DNA of 64,000 nt from Escherichia coli (GTDB lineage Bacteria > Pseudomonadota > Gammaproteobacteria > Enterobacterales > Enterobacteriaceae): assembly GCF_003991155.1 (NCBI RefSeq), contig NZ_CP031293.1. One strand, 5' to 3'. The notes under the pieces were generated by a model. It worked only from the letters and a program-made list of their open reading frames with translations. It was not told the origin of the DNA and did not search any database. Numbering within the stretch: position 1 is the stretch's first letter; each line of letters opens with the position of its first letter. Made by a program: the position numbers and the translations under genes. Shown in pieces: positions 20,373 through 29,705 of this stretch.

Positions 20373-21653
20373 ATGAAGAAAATAAGTTTAACCACGATGA
20401 TTCTTTTGGCGCTGGTACTTGGAATGATTATCGGCGTAGTGCTCAATAACACTGCTTCACCGGAAACCGCAAAACTCTATGCGCAAGAAATATCGATATT
20501 CACGACGATTTTCTTACGACTGATAAAAATGATTATCGCTCCGTTAGTGGTCTCTACCCTGGTGGTAGGTATAGCTAAAATGGGAGATGCCAAAGCCCTT
20601 GGTCGTATTTTTTCTAAAACACTCTTTTTATTTATTTGCGCCTCATTGCTGTCAATTGCCTTAGGCTTGATAACGGTAAATTTCTTCATGCCAGGCACAG
20701 GAATTAATTTTGTTGCACACGGTGCCGAAACCACCGGAGTGGTCGCGTCAGAACCCTTTACACTAAAAGTATTTATTTCGCATGCTTTCCCCACCAGCAT
20801 TGTCGATGCCATGGCACACAATGAAATTTTGCAAATCGTGGTGTTCTCAATTTTCCTCGGCTGTAGCCTGACGGCGATTGGTGAGAAAGGCAGCGCCATC
20901 GTTCACGCCTTAGATTCGCTGGCACATGCCATGTTAAAGCTCACTGGCTACGTCATGCTCTTCGCTCCCCTGACCGTATTCGCCGCTATTTCAGCATTGA
21001 TTGCTGAACGAGGACTGGCAGTTATGGTGAGCGCCGGGATCTTTATGGGTGAATTTTATTTCACCATGTTGTTACTTTGGGTGCTGCTTATCGGTCTGGC
21101 CATCGTTTATGTCGGCCCCTGCATCAGACGCCTGACCCGTGCCCTTTCGGAACCCGCCCTGCTGGCATTTACCACATCCAGTTCTGAAGCGGCTTTTCCG
21201 GGAACGCTTGAAAAACTGGAGCAATTTGGCGTTTCCCCCAAAATTGCCAGCTTTGTCTTACCCATTGGCTACTCATTTAATCTCGTTGGATCAATGGCCT
21301 ACTGCTCCTTCGCCACAGTTTTCATCGCCCAGGCCTGCAATATCCATTTATCCATCGGTGAGCAAATCACCATGCTGTTGATCCTGATGTTGACCTCGAA
21401 AGGAATGGCTGGCGTACCACGCGCCTCAATGGTGGTTATCGCCGCCACGCTCAACCAGTTCAATATTCCGGAAGCGGGGCTGATCTTGCTGATGGGCGTT
21501 GATCCGTTCCTTGATATGGGGCGTTCCGCGACAAACGTCATGAGCAACGCAATGGGCGCTGCGATGGTGAGTCGGTGGGAAGGCGAACATTTCGGCGAGG
21601 GCTGTCGGGGTAAAGCATTAAAACCCAATGAATCGAACGTTGCTCTGCCCTGA
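20373..21653 (+). CDS. Dicarboxylate/amino acid:cation symporter (DAACS family, DctA/GltP-like)
   Basis: Start moved to ATG 20373 (GGAGG 5 nt upstream). 426 aa, polytopic, with TSSSEAAFP and GYSFNLVGS motifs typical of DctA/GltP carriers. Confidence 0.88.
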   Translation: MKKISLTTMILLALVLGMIIGVVLNNTASPETAKLYAQEISIFTTIFLRLIKMIIAPLVVSTLVVGIAKMGDAKALGRIFSKTLFLFICASLLSIALGLITVNFFMPGTGINFVAHGAETTGVVASEPFTLKVFISHAFPTSIVDAMAHNEILQIVVFSIFLGCSLTAIGEKGSAIVHALDSLAHAMLKLTGYVMLFAPLTVFAAISALIAERGLAVMVSAGIFMGEFYFTMLLLWVLLIGLAIVYVGPCIRRLTRALSEPALLAFTTSSSEAAFPGTLEKLEQFGVSPKIASFVLPIGYSFNLVGSMAYCSFATVFIAQACNIHLSIGEQITMLLILMLTSKGMAGVPRASMVVIAATLNQFNIPEAGLILLMGVDPFLDMGRSATNVMSNAMGAAMVSRWEGEHFGEGCRGKALKPNESNVALP

Positions 21654-21760
21654 GGGGGATCTTAAGCAATCAGAAGCCAATGACTACGCATTTTTATAAG
21701 CCGGATCATGAAGTTAGACGGCAATTAAGTAAAACTAACGTTTAAGGTGAAAAGTGAAAT

Positions 21761-23413
21761 ATGTCCAAACCATTTATCTGGCAAGAACCGTTTCTACAAA
21801 ATAAAGACGGTACAGAATATACATTAATTAGCGATCAACATATTACAGTAACGGAATTAGACGGCGAAGAAGTGATAAAAATCGCTCCTGAAGCATTAAC
21901 GCTGCTTGCCCGGCAGGCATTTTATGAAGCCTCTTTTTTCTTACGTTCCGCTCATTTGCAACAGGTCGCCAGCATTCTTAACGATCCGCACGCCAGTAGT
22001 AATGATAAATACGTTGCGTTGCAGTTATTACGTAATGCTGAAGTCTCAGCAAAAGGGGTATTACCCAACTGTCAGGATACCGGCACCGCAACTATTGTTG
22101 CCAGTAAAGGGCAACAGATATGGACCGGAGGTAACGACGCTGAAGCCTTAAGCAAAGGCATTTACACCACTTTTCAGGAAAATAATCTGCGCTTTTCACA
22201 AAATGCGCCACTGGATATGTATACCGAAGTCAATACGCAAACCAATCTACCGGCGCAGATTGATATCAGCGCCGTCGCTGGTGATGAGTACCATTTTCTC
22301 TGTATTAATAAAGGGGGCGGCTCTGCCAATAAAGCCGCGCTTTATCAGGAAACCAAATCCCTATTGCAACCAGAAAAACTGACCGCATTTTTAATCGAAA
22401 AAATGAAATCGCTGGGCACCGCTGCCTGCCCGCCTTACCACATCGCCTTTGTCGTCGGAGGGCTTTCAGCCGATCAAACCTTAAAAGTTGCCAAGCTGGC
22501 CTCAACGAAATATTACGACAATTTGCCCACCAGCGGAAACGAGCAAGGACAAGCATTCCGTGATATTGAGCTGGAAAAAGTATTGCTCGAGGCCAGTCAG
22601 CAATTTGGTATTGGTGCGCAATTTGGGGGTAAATATTTCGCTCATGATATTCGCGTCATTCGTCTGCCGCGTCACGGTGGCTCTTGCCCGATAGCTATGG
22701 CGCTCTCCTGTTCTGCGGATCGCAATATCAAAGCAAAAATTAACAAGCACGGTATCTGGCTGGAAAAACTCGAACACAATCCGGGGCAATATATTCCAGC
22801 CTCACTGCGGGAAGAAAATCACGCGCAACATGTACAGCTGGATCTAAACCGTCCGTTGCGTGACGTGATGCAGGATCTCGCCAGATTACCGGTAGGCACC
22901 CGCGTGTCGTTAAGTGGTCCCATCGTAGTGGCGCGCGATATCGCCCACGCCAAAATAAAAGCGCGGCTGGATAGCGGCGAACCGATGCCGGATTACCTGA
23001 AGCATCATATTGTCTATTACGCTGGCCCGGCGAAAACACCGGAGAACATGGCCTGCGGTTCACTGGGTCCAACCACGGGCGGTCGAATGGACGGTTATGT
23101 CGATACCTTCCAGGCGGCTGGCGGCAGTCTGGTGATGTTATCGAAAGGTAACCGCAGCCAGCAGGTCACCGATGCCTGTCACAAACATGGCGGCTTCAAT
23201 CTGGGGAGTATTGGCGGTGCAGCTGCGTTACTGGCGCAAGAATATGTCAAAAGTCTGCGTTGCCTGGAATACCCGGAGCTGGGTATGGAAGCGGTGTGGA
23301 TGATGGAAGTGGAAAATTTACCCGCATTCATCCTGGTAGATGATAAAGGCAATAATTTCTTTAGTCAGTTTGAGCAGCAACACCGCTGCGCCAGTTGCCC
23401 TGCGGGACATTAA
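21761..23413 (+). CDS. fumD: Class I (Fe-S) fumarate hydratase paralogue, probable mesaconase
   Basis: 550 aa, FumA/FumB-like ([19 protein letters not shown]). Its position in a methylaspartate operon matches the FumD mesaconase/fumarase described for E. coli O157:H7. Confidence 0.88.
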   Translation: MSKPFIWQEPFLQNKDGTEYTLISDQHITVTELDGEEVIKIAPEALTLLARQAFYEASFFLRSAHLQQVASILNDPHASSNDKYVALQLLRNAEVSAKGVLPNCQDTGTATIVASKGQQIWTGGNDAEALSKGIYTTFQENNLRFSQNAPLDMYTEVNTQTNLPAQIDISAVAGDEYHFLCINKGGGSANKAALYQETKSLLQPEKLTAFLIEKMKSLGTAACPPYHIAFVVGGLSADQTLKVAKLASTKYYDNLPTSGNEQGQAFRDIELEKVLLEASQQFGIGAQFGGKYFAHDIRVIRLPRHGGSCPIAMALSCSADRNIKAKINKHGIWLEKLEHNPGQYIPASLREENHAQHVQLDLNRPLRDVMQDLARLPVGTRVSLSGPIVVARDIAHAKIKARLDSGEPMPDYLKHHIVYYAGPAKTPENMACGSLGPTTGGRMDGYVDTFQAAGGSLVMLSKGNRSQQVTDACHKHGGFNLGSIGGAAALLAQEYVKSLRCLEYPELGMEAVWMMEVENLPAFILVDDKGNNFFSQFEQQHRCASCPAGH

Positions 23414-23422
23414 GGAAAATGA

Positions 23423-24025
23423 ATGGAAGCGCGAATTTCAACTGAACGGCATGTGCAGCGCCAGCAGAAATTGAAGGAACAGGTCGATACGCGCGTCGCG
23501 GCGGCGATAGAGAAAAAAGGGATTTTGATTGTTTTCACCGGCAACGGCAAAGGGAAATCCACTGCCGCGTTTGGTACTGTGACGCGCGCGGTGGGTCATG
23601 GCAAAACGGTGGGGGTTGCGCAGTACATCAAGGGGCAATGGGACAACGGCGAATACAACCTTCTCCAACCGCTGGGGGTTGAGTTTCATATTATGGGAAC
23701 CGGTTTTACCTGGGAGACACAGAACCGGCAAGCGGATATCGACGCGGCGAAAGAGGTCTGGTCGGAAAGCAAACGGATGCTGGCTGACAAGCGTTACGAC
23801 TTAGTGGTGCTTGATGAGCTGACCTATATGCTGGCTTACCATTATCTGGACACCGAAGAAGTGATCGCTTCTCTGCAAAACCGCCCGGCACAACAAAGTG
23901 TCATTGTCACCGGACGCGGTTGCCACAGTCAGATATTAAAAATGGCGGATACGGTCAGCGAAATCCGCCCCGTCAAACATGCTTTTGATAACGGCATTCA
24001 GGCGCAGCCGGGTATCGACTGGTAA
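23423..24025 (+). CDS. ATP:cob(I)alamin adenosyltransferase, CobA/BtuR type
   Basis: 200 aa with P-loop GNGKGKSTAAFG and DELTY, the same size as BtuR. It would supply adenosylcobalamin for glutamate mutase. Confidence 0.88.
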   Translation: MEARISTERHVQRQQKLKEQVDTRVAAAIEKKGILIVFTGNGKGKSTAAFGTVTRAVGHGKTVGVAQYIKGQWDNGEYNLLQPLGVEFHIMGTGFTWETQNRQADIDAAKEVWSESKRMLADKRYDLVVLDELTYMLAYHYLDTEEVIASLQNRPAQQSVIVTGRGCHSQILKMADTVSEIRPVKHAFDNGIQAQPGIDW

Positions 24026-24028
24026 TAA

Positions 24029-24060
24029 CTGCGCCTGGCATCCCGCCAGGCGCAGGTTTT
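24029..24060. terminator. Hairpin terminator between the convergent adenosyltransferase and LysR genes
   Basis: ctgcgcctggc-atccc-gccaggcgcag followed by gtttt, immediately after the 24025 stop. Confidence 0.7.
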
Positions 24061-24964
24061 ACATCTCCTGCGGTACGACCGATTTCGCCAGCAACCATTC
24101 ACGAAATTGCTGCAAGTGCGGTGAGTCAGACTTCTCTTCCTGCCACGTCATAATAAAACGATTACCGGTACGAATAGGCACATCACAGGGAATCACCATA
24201 TCGCCACTATCCAAATCATGTTGAATAGCGAACCGTGGTAACAGCGCCACGCCGAGATTAGAGCGCACGGCGGCAATCAGCATTGAAAGCAAATCGAAAC
24301 GTGGTCCGTTATTGACCAGCGGACTGCTAACGCCAGATAAAGCAAACCACTCTTCCCAGCCAGTAATACGGGTGCTTTGATGCAGAAGTGGTAACTCAGT
24401 AAGCAGTTCTGCCACTGACAGTTTTTGATCGGACATTGCAAGCAAACTGCCGCTGCATACCGGCAAAATCTCCTCATCAAAGAGATATTCTACTTCCGCC
24501 CAGGGCGCGCAAAAATTTTCGCGCATAATGACAGCATCGTACTCCCGATTAAGAAAATCGCCGTTATTAGCTAAAGAATGAATATTAACAATAATATCGG
24601 GATGTAACTTTGTGAATTCATGTAAATTTGGGATTAACCAGTGGGTACTAAAAGTAGGATTAACGGCAAGTTCAATAACCTGAACCGTAGGCTGCCAGGT
24701 CATAATGGTATTGGTATCGCGTTCCAGCTTATTTAATGTTTCTTTTACTATCCCCAGGTAATACTTCCCTGCATCATTAAGAAAAATGCGTTTTTTAGAG
24801 TGTGAAAATAACGGAGTACGTAAAAATTCCTCCAGCGCACTTACTTGTCTGAATACTGCACTTTGGGTTAACGCTAACTCCTCTGCCGCTCTGGTATAAC
24901 TTTCATGACGTGCGACGACCTCAAAAGTCACCAGCAGTTCCGTTTTAGGTATTTTTCCTCGCAT
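24059..24964 (-). CDS. LysR-family transcriptional regulator
   Basis: 301 aa with an N-terminal wHTH (ESYTRAAEELALTQSAVFRQVSALEEFL) and a LysR substrate-binding domain. Confidence 0.9.
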   Translation of the reverse strand: MRGKIPKTELLVTFEVVARHESYTRAAEELALTQSAVFRQVSALEEFLRTPLFSHSKKRIFLNDAGKYYLGIVKETLNKLERDTNTIMTWQPTVQVIELAVNPTFSTHWLIPNLHEFTKLHPDIIVNIHSLANNGDFLNREYDAVIMRENFCAPWAEVEYLFDEEILPVCSGSLLAMSDQKLSVAELLTELPLLHQSTRITGWEEWFALSGVSSPLVNNGPRFDLLSMLIAAVRSNLGVALLPRFAIQHDLDSGDMVIPCDVPIRTGNRFIMTWQEEKSDSPHLQQFREWLLAKSVVPQEM

Positions 24965-24981
24965 AATGCCTTCCCTTAAAA

Positions 24982-24995
24982 ATAGTTGAAACTAT
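24982..24995. promoter_or_regulatory. Palindromic candidate LTTR box
   Basis: ATAGTT-GA-AACTAT perfect inverted repeat 18 nt upstream of the LysR ATG. It fits the general T-N11-A architecture. Confidence 0.35.
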
Positions 24996-25026
24996 CAAAA
25001 AACCATTACTTATTGCTAAGTAATGG
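24996..25026 (-). terminator. Rho-independent terminator at the end of the hut-like operon
   Basis: The minus strand reads ccattactta-gcaa-taagtaatgg (10-bp perfect stem) followed by TTTTTTG. It lies about 210 nt downstream of the 25235 stop. Confidence 0.7.
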
Positions 25027-25234
25027 CAACCAAAGCAGCAATCAATATTTTATAAAAATCATGTTCGATATTTATAACCTGGTAAGCCTGGCGTGACAAT
25101 TGTCTCAATCAGACAATAATAATCCGAAAAGCAAAACGCCCTTCGGATTATTATGATTCAAGTTAAGTGAAGATTATTAAATTGATAGCAATTATCATAT
25201 CTATGGATATTATGACAAACAATCAACAAAAATT

Positions 25235-26905
25235 TTATTTTTGATTTATAGCATATCCTTCTAAGAATTTTTGCGAAGCTGCAATATCTGGGGTAAAGAC
25301 CCGATCCTGGTCGACAAACGGCACGACTTTTCTGTATTCGGTAAACATTGCTTTGGTGGATTTCCCTAATGCCAGTTGTGGATCGGCCTGCAACCGTAAA
25401 TCGAGAGCCTGTGCGGAATGCATCAGTTCAATGCCATAAATCACGTTCAGATTATCGACAACCTGTTTCAATCTTCTGGCCGCGTGGTCATTATTGGCAC
25501 CGGTATCTTCTATACCTCCGGCAACCGGTTGAATATCGAAAGAAACCGGGTTAGCGAGATCGACATTTTCCGCATGCAGCGCAACAAACGGGATATGTAA
25601 TGAACCGAAGCCATGACCTTTATTACCTGCTGCCGACAGGAAGCGTGACAAACCGGTAAAGTGATCATCTTCAAGATGCAGCGAGCGGCGCATACTGTTA
25701 TGTGAAACATGCACTAACGCCACGGTCAGACGCTGGGTGGCAAGCGCAACCGGTAACGATTCGAAATTCGCCGTCGGGAAGATCCCACCGCTGATTGCCC
25801 CATCTTTAACAAAATATTGCGCGACCTGACTGGAGTCCTGATACGCTTTGTCTGCATTCAGCACGGTTGCCGGGTTGTCATCGGAACTGTTGATCTGCAC
25901 GGTAATGGTATCTTCAGCATCGCGCAACGCGCGCATTGCCTCAGAAATGGTATACACCGTCGTTCTGAACGATAACGGATCCTGCAATGCACGTTTGTCA
26001 TGCTTATGCCATAAATAAGAACCACTTAACGCATCGCGAATCTCTTTAGCGGAATCAGCCAACTGCGGGAAAGGACGCACGGCGATCGACTGCGGCAGTA
26101 CCGGCGCGACATTGCCATTCAACGCTTCCAGACTCATAGCGAAAACCACCGGGCTGACATTCAGCAACTGACGTGCCGAACGAACAGCTTCGATAGCGTA
26201 GGCTGTCCCGACGCTGTTGTTCGATAAAATCGCCAGCATATCTTTACCCTGCGGTACCAGTGGCTTAAGTCCCACTTTCGCCAGCGCGTCACCACCGCTC
26301 ATTTGCACGCCATTTACTCGGGCTTTCCATTCCCCCATCATCACCAGACCAACGTGCGAAGCGAGCATAATATCCGCTGCGCCGATACTTCCCCGCACCG
26401 GAATTAACGGTGTAACGCCGCGATTAATAAATTCGGCATACAACTCGGCAATATAAGGCTGTGCGCCGGTTTGCCCATGCAGCATGGTATTTAAACGTAA
26501 TACCATTGAAAGGCGTGCCAGATAATCCGGTAACATCGGACCAACGCCCGCAGAATGGGCGCGCAGCGCGGCAGCATTAAATTTTTTCGACGCGTCAATC
26601 ACCTCAGGCGTTAAATTTCCTTTGGCATCAAATATGGGCTGATCTTTATTTAGCCCCACGCCCACGGTTAAGCCATAAACAGGCGTACCTGAATGCGCGG
26701 CAGTCATCACCAGATCATAACTTTTTTCCATGCGCTCCATGGCGTTCGACGCGATTTTGACGCCGTTATCACCTAATGCAATTGACCAGGCCTGGTCAAT
26801 GGAAAGATGTTCGCCATCCAGCGTAATGGTTGATTTCGCCATCGCAATGGAGCAAACGCTCCAGAGCACAACGGTGACAGTGACTCTTCGTATCAATCCT
26901 TTCAT
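25235..26905 (-). CDS. Secreted (periplasmic) histidine/phenylalanine ammonia-lyase-fold protein lacking the MIO Ala-Ser-Gly triad
   Basis: 556 aa with AAGGA 6 nt upstream. Sec signal MKGLIRRVTVTVVLWSVCSIAMA|KS. It aligns to HutH (YGLTVGVG, LRAHSAGVG, QDPLSFR, DDNP), but GSVGASGDLAPLAH is replaced by GSIGAADIMLASH. Confidence 0.85.
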   Translation of the reverse strand: MKGLIRRVTVTVVLWSVCSIAMAKSTITLDGEHLSIDQAWSIALGDNGVKIASNAMERMEKSYDLVMTAAHSGTPVYGLTVGVGLNKDQPIFDAKGNLTPEVIDASKKFNAAALRAHSAGVGPMLPDYLARLSMVLRLNTMLHGQTGAQPYIAELYAEFINRGVTPLIPVRGSIGAADIMLASHVGLVMMGEWKARVNGVQMSGGDALAKVGLKPLVPQGKDMLAILSNNSVGTAYAIEAVRSARQLLNVSPVVFAMSLEALNGNVAPVLPQSIAVRPFPQLADSAKEIRDALSGSYLWHKHDKRALQDPLSFRTTVYTISEAMRALRDAEDTITVQINSSDDNPATVLNADKAYQDSSQVAQYFVKDGAISGGIFPTANFESLPVALATQRLTVALVHVSHNSMRRSLHLEDDHFTGLSRFLSAAGNKGHGFGSLHIPFVALHAENVDLANPVSFDIQPVAGGIEDTGANNDHAARRLKQVVDNLNVIYGIELMHSAQALDLRLQADPQLALGKSTKAMFTEYRKVVPFVDQDRVFTPDIAASQKFLEGYAINQK

Positions 26906-26955
26906 TGTGTTTCCTTATCATGATGAGTTTAACAACGGGTTACTGCGACAACGTT

Positions 26956-27906
26956 TTAATTTGTTCTATCTGTTTTCCCCCGCCGGACAATACTGGTCAC
27001 CAGGCGAGCGGCAACTTTCGCAGTTAAATTATCGCGGTCCAGGTCCGGGTTAAGTTCGGCAATATCCGCAGCAATCAACTTCTCGCTACCGGCGATTAAA
27101 TTCACAATGGCTTCAGTAATATTTAACGGCACGCCTAACGGTGATGGAGCAGAAACACCGGGCGCCTGATAACCTGGTAAAACATCGAGACAAATCGTTA
27201 AATAAATGGCGTCACAAGCCTGAATATCTGCCGAGAGCGCATTAGCGATCTCATGCAAACCACGTTCAAATTGCAGAGATTCGTCCAGCCAATAACGCAC
27301 ACCGAGACAATCAGCGCGATCAAATAACGCCTGAGTATTGGCAAAACGACTTATTCCCAGCACGCGATAATGAAACGGTTTGCCATGCTGCGCGTTCCAC
27401 TCTTGCATCTGACGAAACGGCGTACCTGAATTGGCTTGTTCCGCCATCCGTAAATCAAAATGCGCGTCAAGGTTCACAATCAGTAACCGCTGAATATCCG
27501 GACGCGACTGCATAATCCCCTGAAATGTTCCCCACGCCACTTCATGACCGCCCCCCAGAACCACCGGTAAACTGCCGCGCGCAATGGCTGTAGATACGTT
27601 AGCCGCCAGACGATTTTGTGCGGATTCCAGCGCGTGGTCCTCGCTTTGTACATCGCCCATATCGAAAATAGCGCCTTCACAGAGCACTGGCATATTTCCC
27701 AACATGCTGCGCAACGCGCCCGGTCCGCCTGCTGCACCCGCTCGCCCATCATTACGTTGCACTCCGTCATCAACGGCAAAACCAATCAGCGTACAACCGC
27801 CGTGGCTTTGTTCACTAAACGGTTGCACATGCTGATGCCAGCGAGTGCTGATGCCGGTTTCCTGCGAGTCAACACGCCCACTCCACGGCAAAAATGTTTG
27901 CTTCAT
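26956..27906 (-). CDS. hutG: Formimidoylglutamase (arginase fold)
   Basis: Start trimmed to ATG 27906 (AAGGAG upstream; TAATG overlap with the hutI stop). 316 aa with Mn-site motifs GGGHEVAWG, DAHFD and CLDVL. Confidence 0.88.
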   Translation of the reverse strand: MKQTFLPWSGRVDSQETGISTRWHQHVQPFSEQSHGGCTLIGFAVDDGVQRNDGRAGAAGGPGALRSMLGNMPVLCEGAIFDMGDVQSEDHALESAQNRLAANVSTAIARGSLPVVLGGGHEVAWGTFQGIMQSRPDIQRLLIVNLDAHFDLRMAEQANSGTPFRQMQEWNAQHGKPFHYRVLGISRFANTQALFDRADCLGVRYWLDESLQFERGLHEIANALSADIQACDAIYLTICLDVLPGYQAPGVSAPSPLGVPLNITEAIVNLIAGSEKLIAADIAELNPDLDRDNLTAKVAARLVTSIVRRGKTDRTN

Positions 27907-29117
27907 TACCAACTCCTTTTTCCGCCGACAATAAGCCCCTGGCAAGGCTGATGCCCAAACCAGTAAGCCAGTTCACGTGGATGATTAAGATCCCAGACCG
28001 CCATATCCGCCCGTAATCCCGGTGCAAGTTCACCCCGGTCAATAAGTCCAAGTGCCTTTGCCGCATTACGCGTAACGCCCTGAACGGCTTCCAGCGGCGT
28101 CATGCGAAACAGCGTACAGGCCATATTGATCATCAATGGCAATGACATATTGGGAGACGTTCCGGGATTATGGTCCGTGGAGATAGCAATCGGCACACCT
28201 GCGGCCCGCAGAGCGACAATCGGCGGCAGATGGGTTTCGCGCAGGAAGTAATAAGCACCGGGAAGCAAAACCGCCACTGTTCCAGCCGCTTTCATGGCGG
28301 CGATCCCCGACTCGCTCAGGTACTCCAGATGATCGCAGGAGAGTGCAGAAAACGCCGCTGCCAGCGCCGCGCCTTGCTGGTCAGAAAGCTGTTCGGCATG
28401 CAGTTTTACAGGTAATCCATAGCTTTGCGCTTTACTGAAAACGCGCCGTACCTGCTCTGGAGTAAAGGCGATGTTTTCACAAAAAGCATCAACTGCATCA
28501 ATCAGCCCCTGTTCATGCAACACGCACATCCAGTCGCAAAGCGCCGTAATGTAATCATCACTGCGCCCGGCAAACTCTGGCGGCAGGCTGTGCGCCCCGA
28601 GAAACGTAGACTGAATATGTAACCCGGTAGATTGCTGCAAGCGGCGGATCACGCGTAAACAACGTGCTTCATCTTCCAGCGTTAAGCCATAACCCGATTT
28701 GATTTCAAGCGTACTGACGCCTTCACGTTGCCAGTTTCGCAGTCGCTGCGCCGCCAGTTCAAACAACTGTGTTTCGCTGGCTGCCCGCGTGGCATTAACC
28801 GTAGATAAGATCCCGCCGCCCGCTCTGGCGATATCTTCATAAGCCACGCCTTGCAACCGCATCTCAAACTCGTTCGCCCTCTGGCCGCCATACACCAGAT
28901 GTGTATGACAATCCACCAGACCGGGTGTCAGCAACTTACCCTGTAGATCGTGTTCCTCTGTAATATCAGCCGTCAGTTCACGGGGGATCTGCGTGGCCTT
29001 CCCAAGCCAGACAATCGAGTCACCACGGCTGATTAATGCCCCCTTTTCAATCACTCCCCAATCGTTAGCGGAAAGCGTCGCCAGCGTGGTATTTCGCCAG
29101 AGCGTTAATGCACTCAT
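27906..29117 (-). CDS. hutI: Imidazolonepropionase
   Basis: Start trimmed to ATG 29117 (ATGA overlap with the hutD stop). 403 aa; VDCHTHLVYGG metal site; amidohydrolase fold. Confidence 0.9.
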   Translation of the reverse strand: MSALTLWRNTTLATLSANDWGVIEKGALISRGDSIVWLGKATQIPRELTADITEEHDLQGKLLTPGLVDCHTHLVYGGQRANEFEMRLQGVAYEDIARAGGGILSTVNATRAASETQLFELAAQRLRNWQREGVSTLEIKSGYGLTLEDEARCLRVIRRLQQSTGLHIQSTFLGAHSLPPEFAGRSDDYITALCDWMCVLHEQGLIDAVDAFCENIAFTPEQVRRVFSKAQSYGLPVKLHAEQLSDQQGAALAAAFSALSCDHLEYLSESGIAAMKAAGTVAVLLPGAYYFLRETHLPPIVALRAAGVPIAISTDHNPGTSPNMSLPLMINMACTLFRMTPLEAVQGVTRNAAKALGLIDRGELAPGLRADMAVWDLNHPRELAYWFGHQPCQGLIVGGKRSW

Positions 29118-29704
29118 AAGGATTTTTCCCCTCGTAGATAATAAAGCCACCAGCCCGCCAGCTCACCGACGGAGACTTTCTTCCGTGGTACGAAACGCCA
29201 GGGCCTGCCATCAGGTGCAACCAGCCATAACAACATATTTGCCGCGACAAACACCCTTTTCTTGCCGCTTATCCACTCCCCTTCACACAGCGTGAACAGG
29301 CCCGCTTGCGCAAGTGACGGAGGACGCCAGTCAACGGCACTTTGCACCCGCAACATCCCCGCATCGCCTTCCCGCGCCATAACATTCAGATCGCGAACCC
29401 CGCCGCCCAGCAGCTGGCAATCAGGCATAGCTTCTCCAGGGAAAATTAAGGCGGGATCGTGACGTTGCAGGTTGATGATCGAATCGGCAAACGTTAGCTT
29501 CACCCCTTCCCCGTCGAGAATCGCGAGGCCACGAACCACGCCAGGCCACGCTGAAAAAGAGCCATCCTGACTGACATTCGCCATACTGATGCGCAACAAC
29601 CAGTTTTCATCATCGGGCCAGGCAAGCAGCTGTCGGGTAAACCCCCCGCCGTTGCGCCACGGTTGCAGCGGCTTATCCATTGCAGAAATCAGCATCGGTT
29701 CCAT
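29114..29704 (-). CDS. hutD: HutD-family protein
   Basis: 196 aa. The WRNGGGFTRQL motif and bicupin size are typical of HutD. It starts 1 nt after the permease stop. Confidence 0.8.
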   Translation of the reverse strand: MEPMLISAMDKPLQPWRNGGGFTRQLLAWPDDENWLLRISMANVSQDGSFSAWPGVVRGLAILDGEGVKLTFADSIINLQRHDPALIFPGEAMPDCQLLGGGVRDLNVMAREGDAGMLRVQSAVDWRPPSLAQAGLFTLCEGEWISGKKRVFVAANMLLWLVAPDGRPWRFVPRKKVSVGELAGWWLYYLRGEKSL

Positions 29705-29705
29705 A

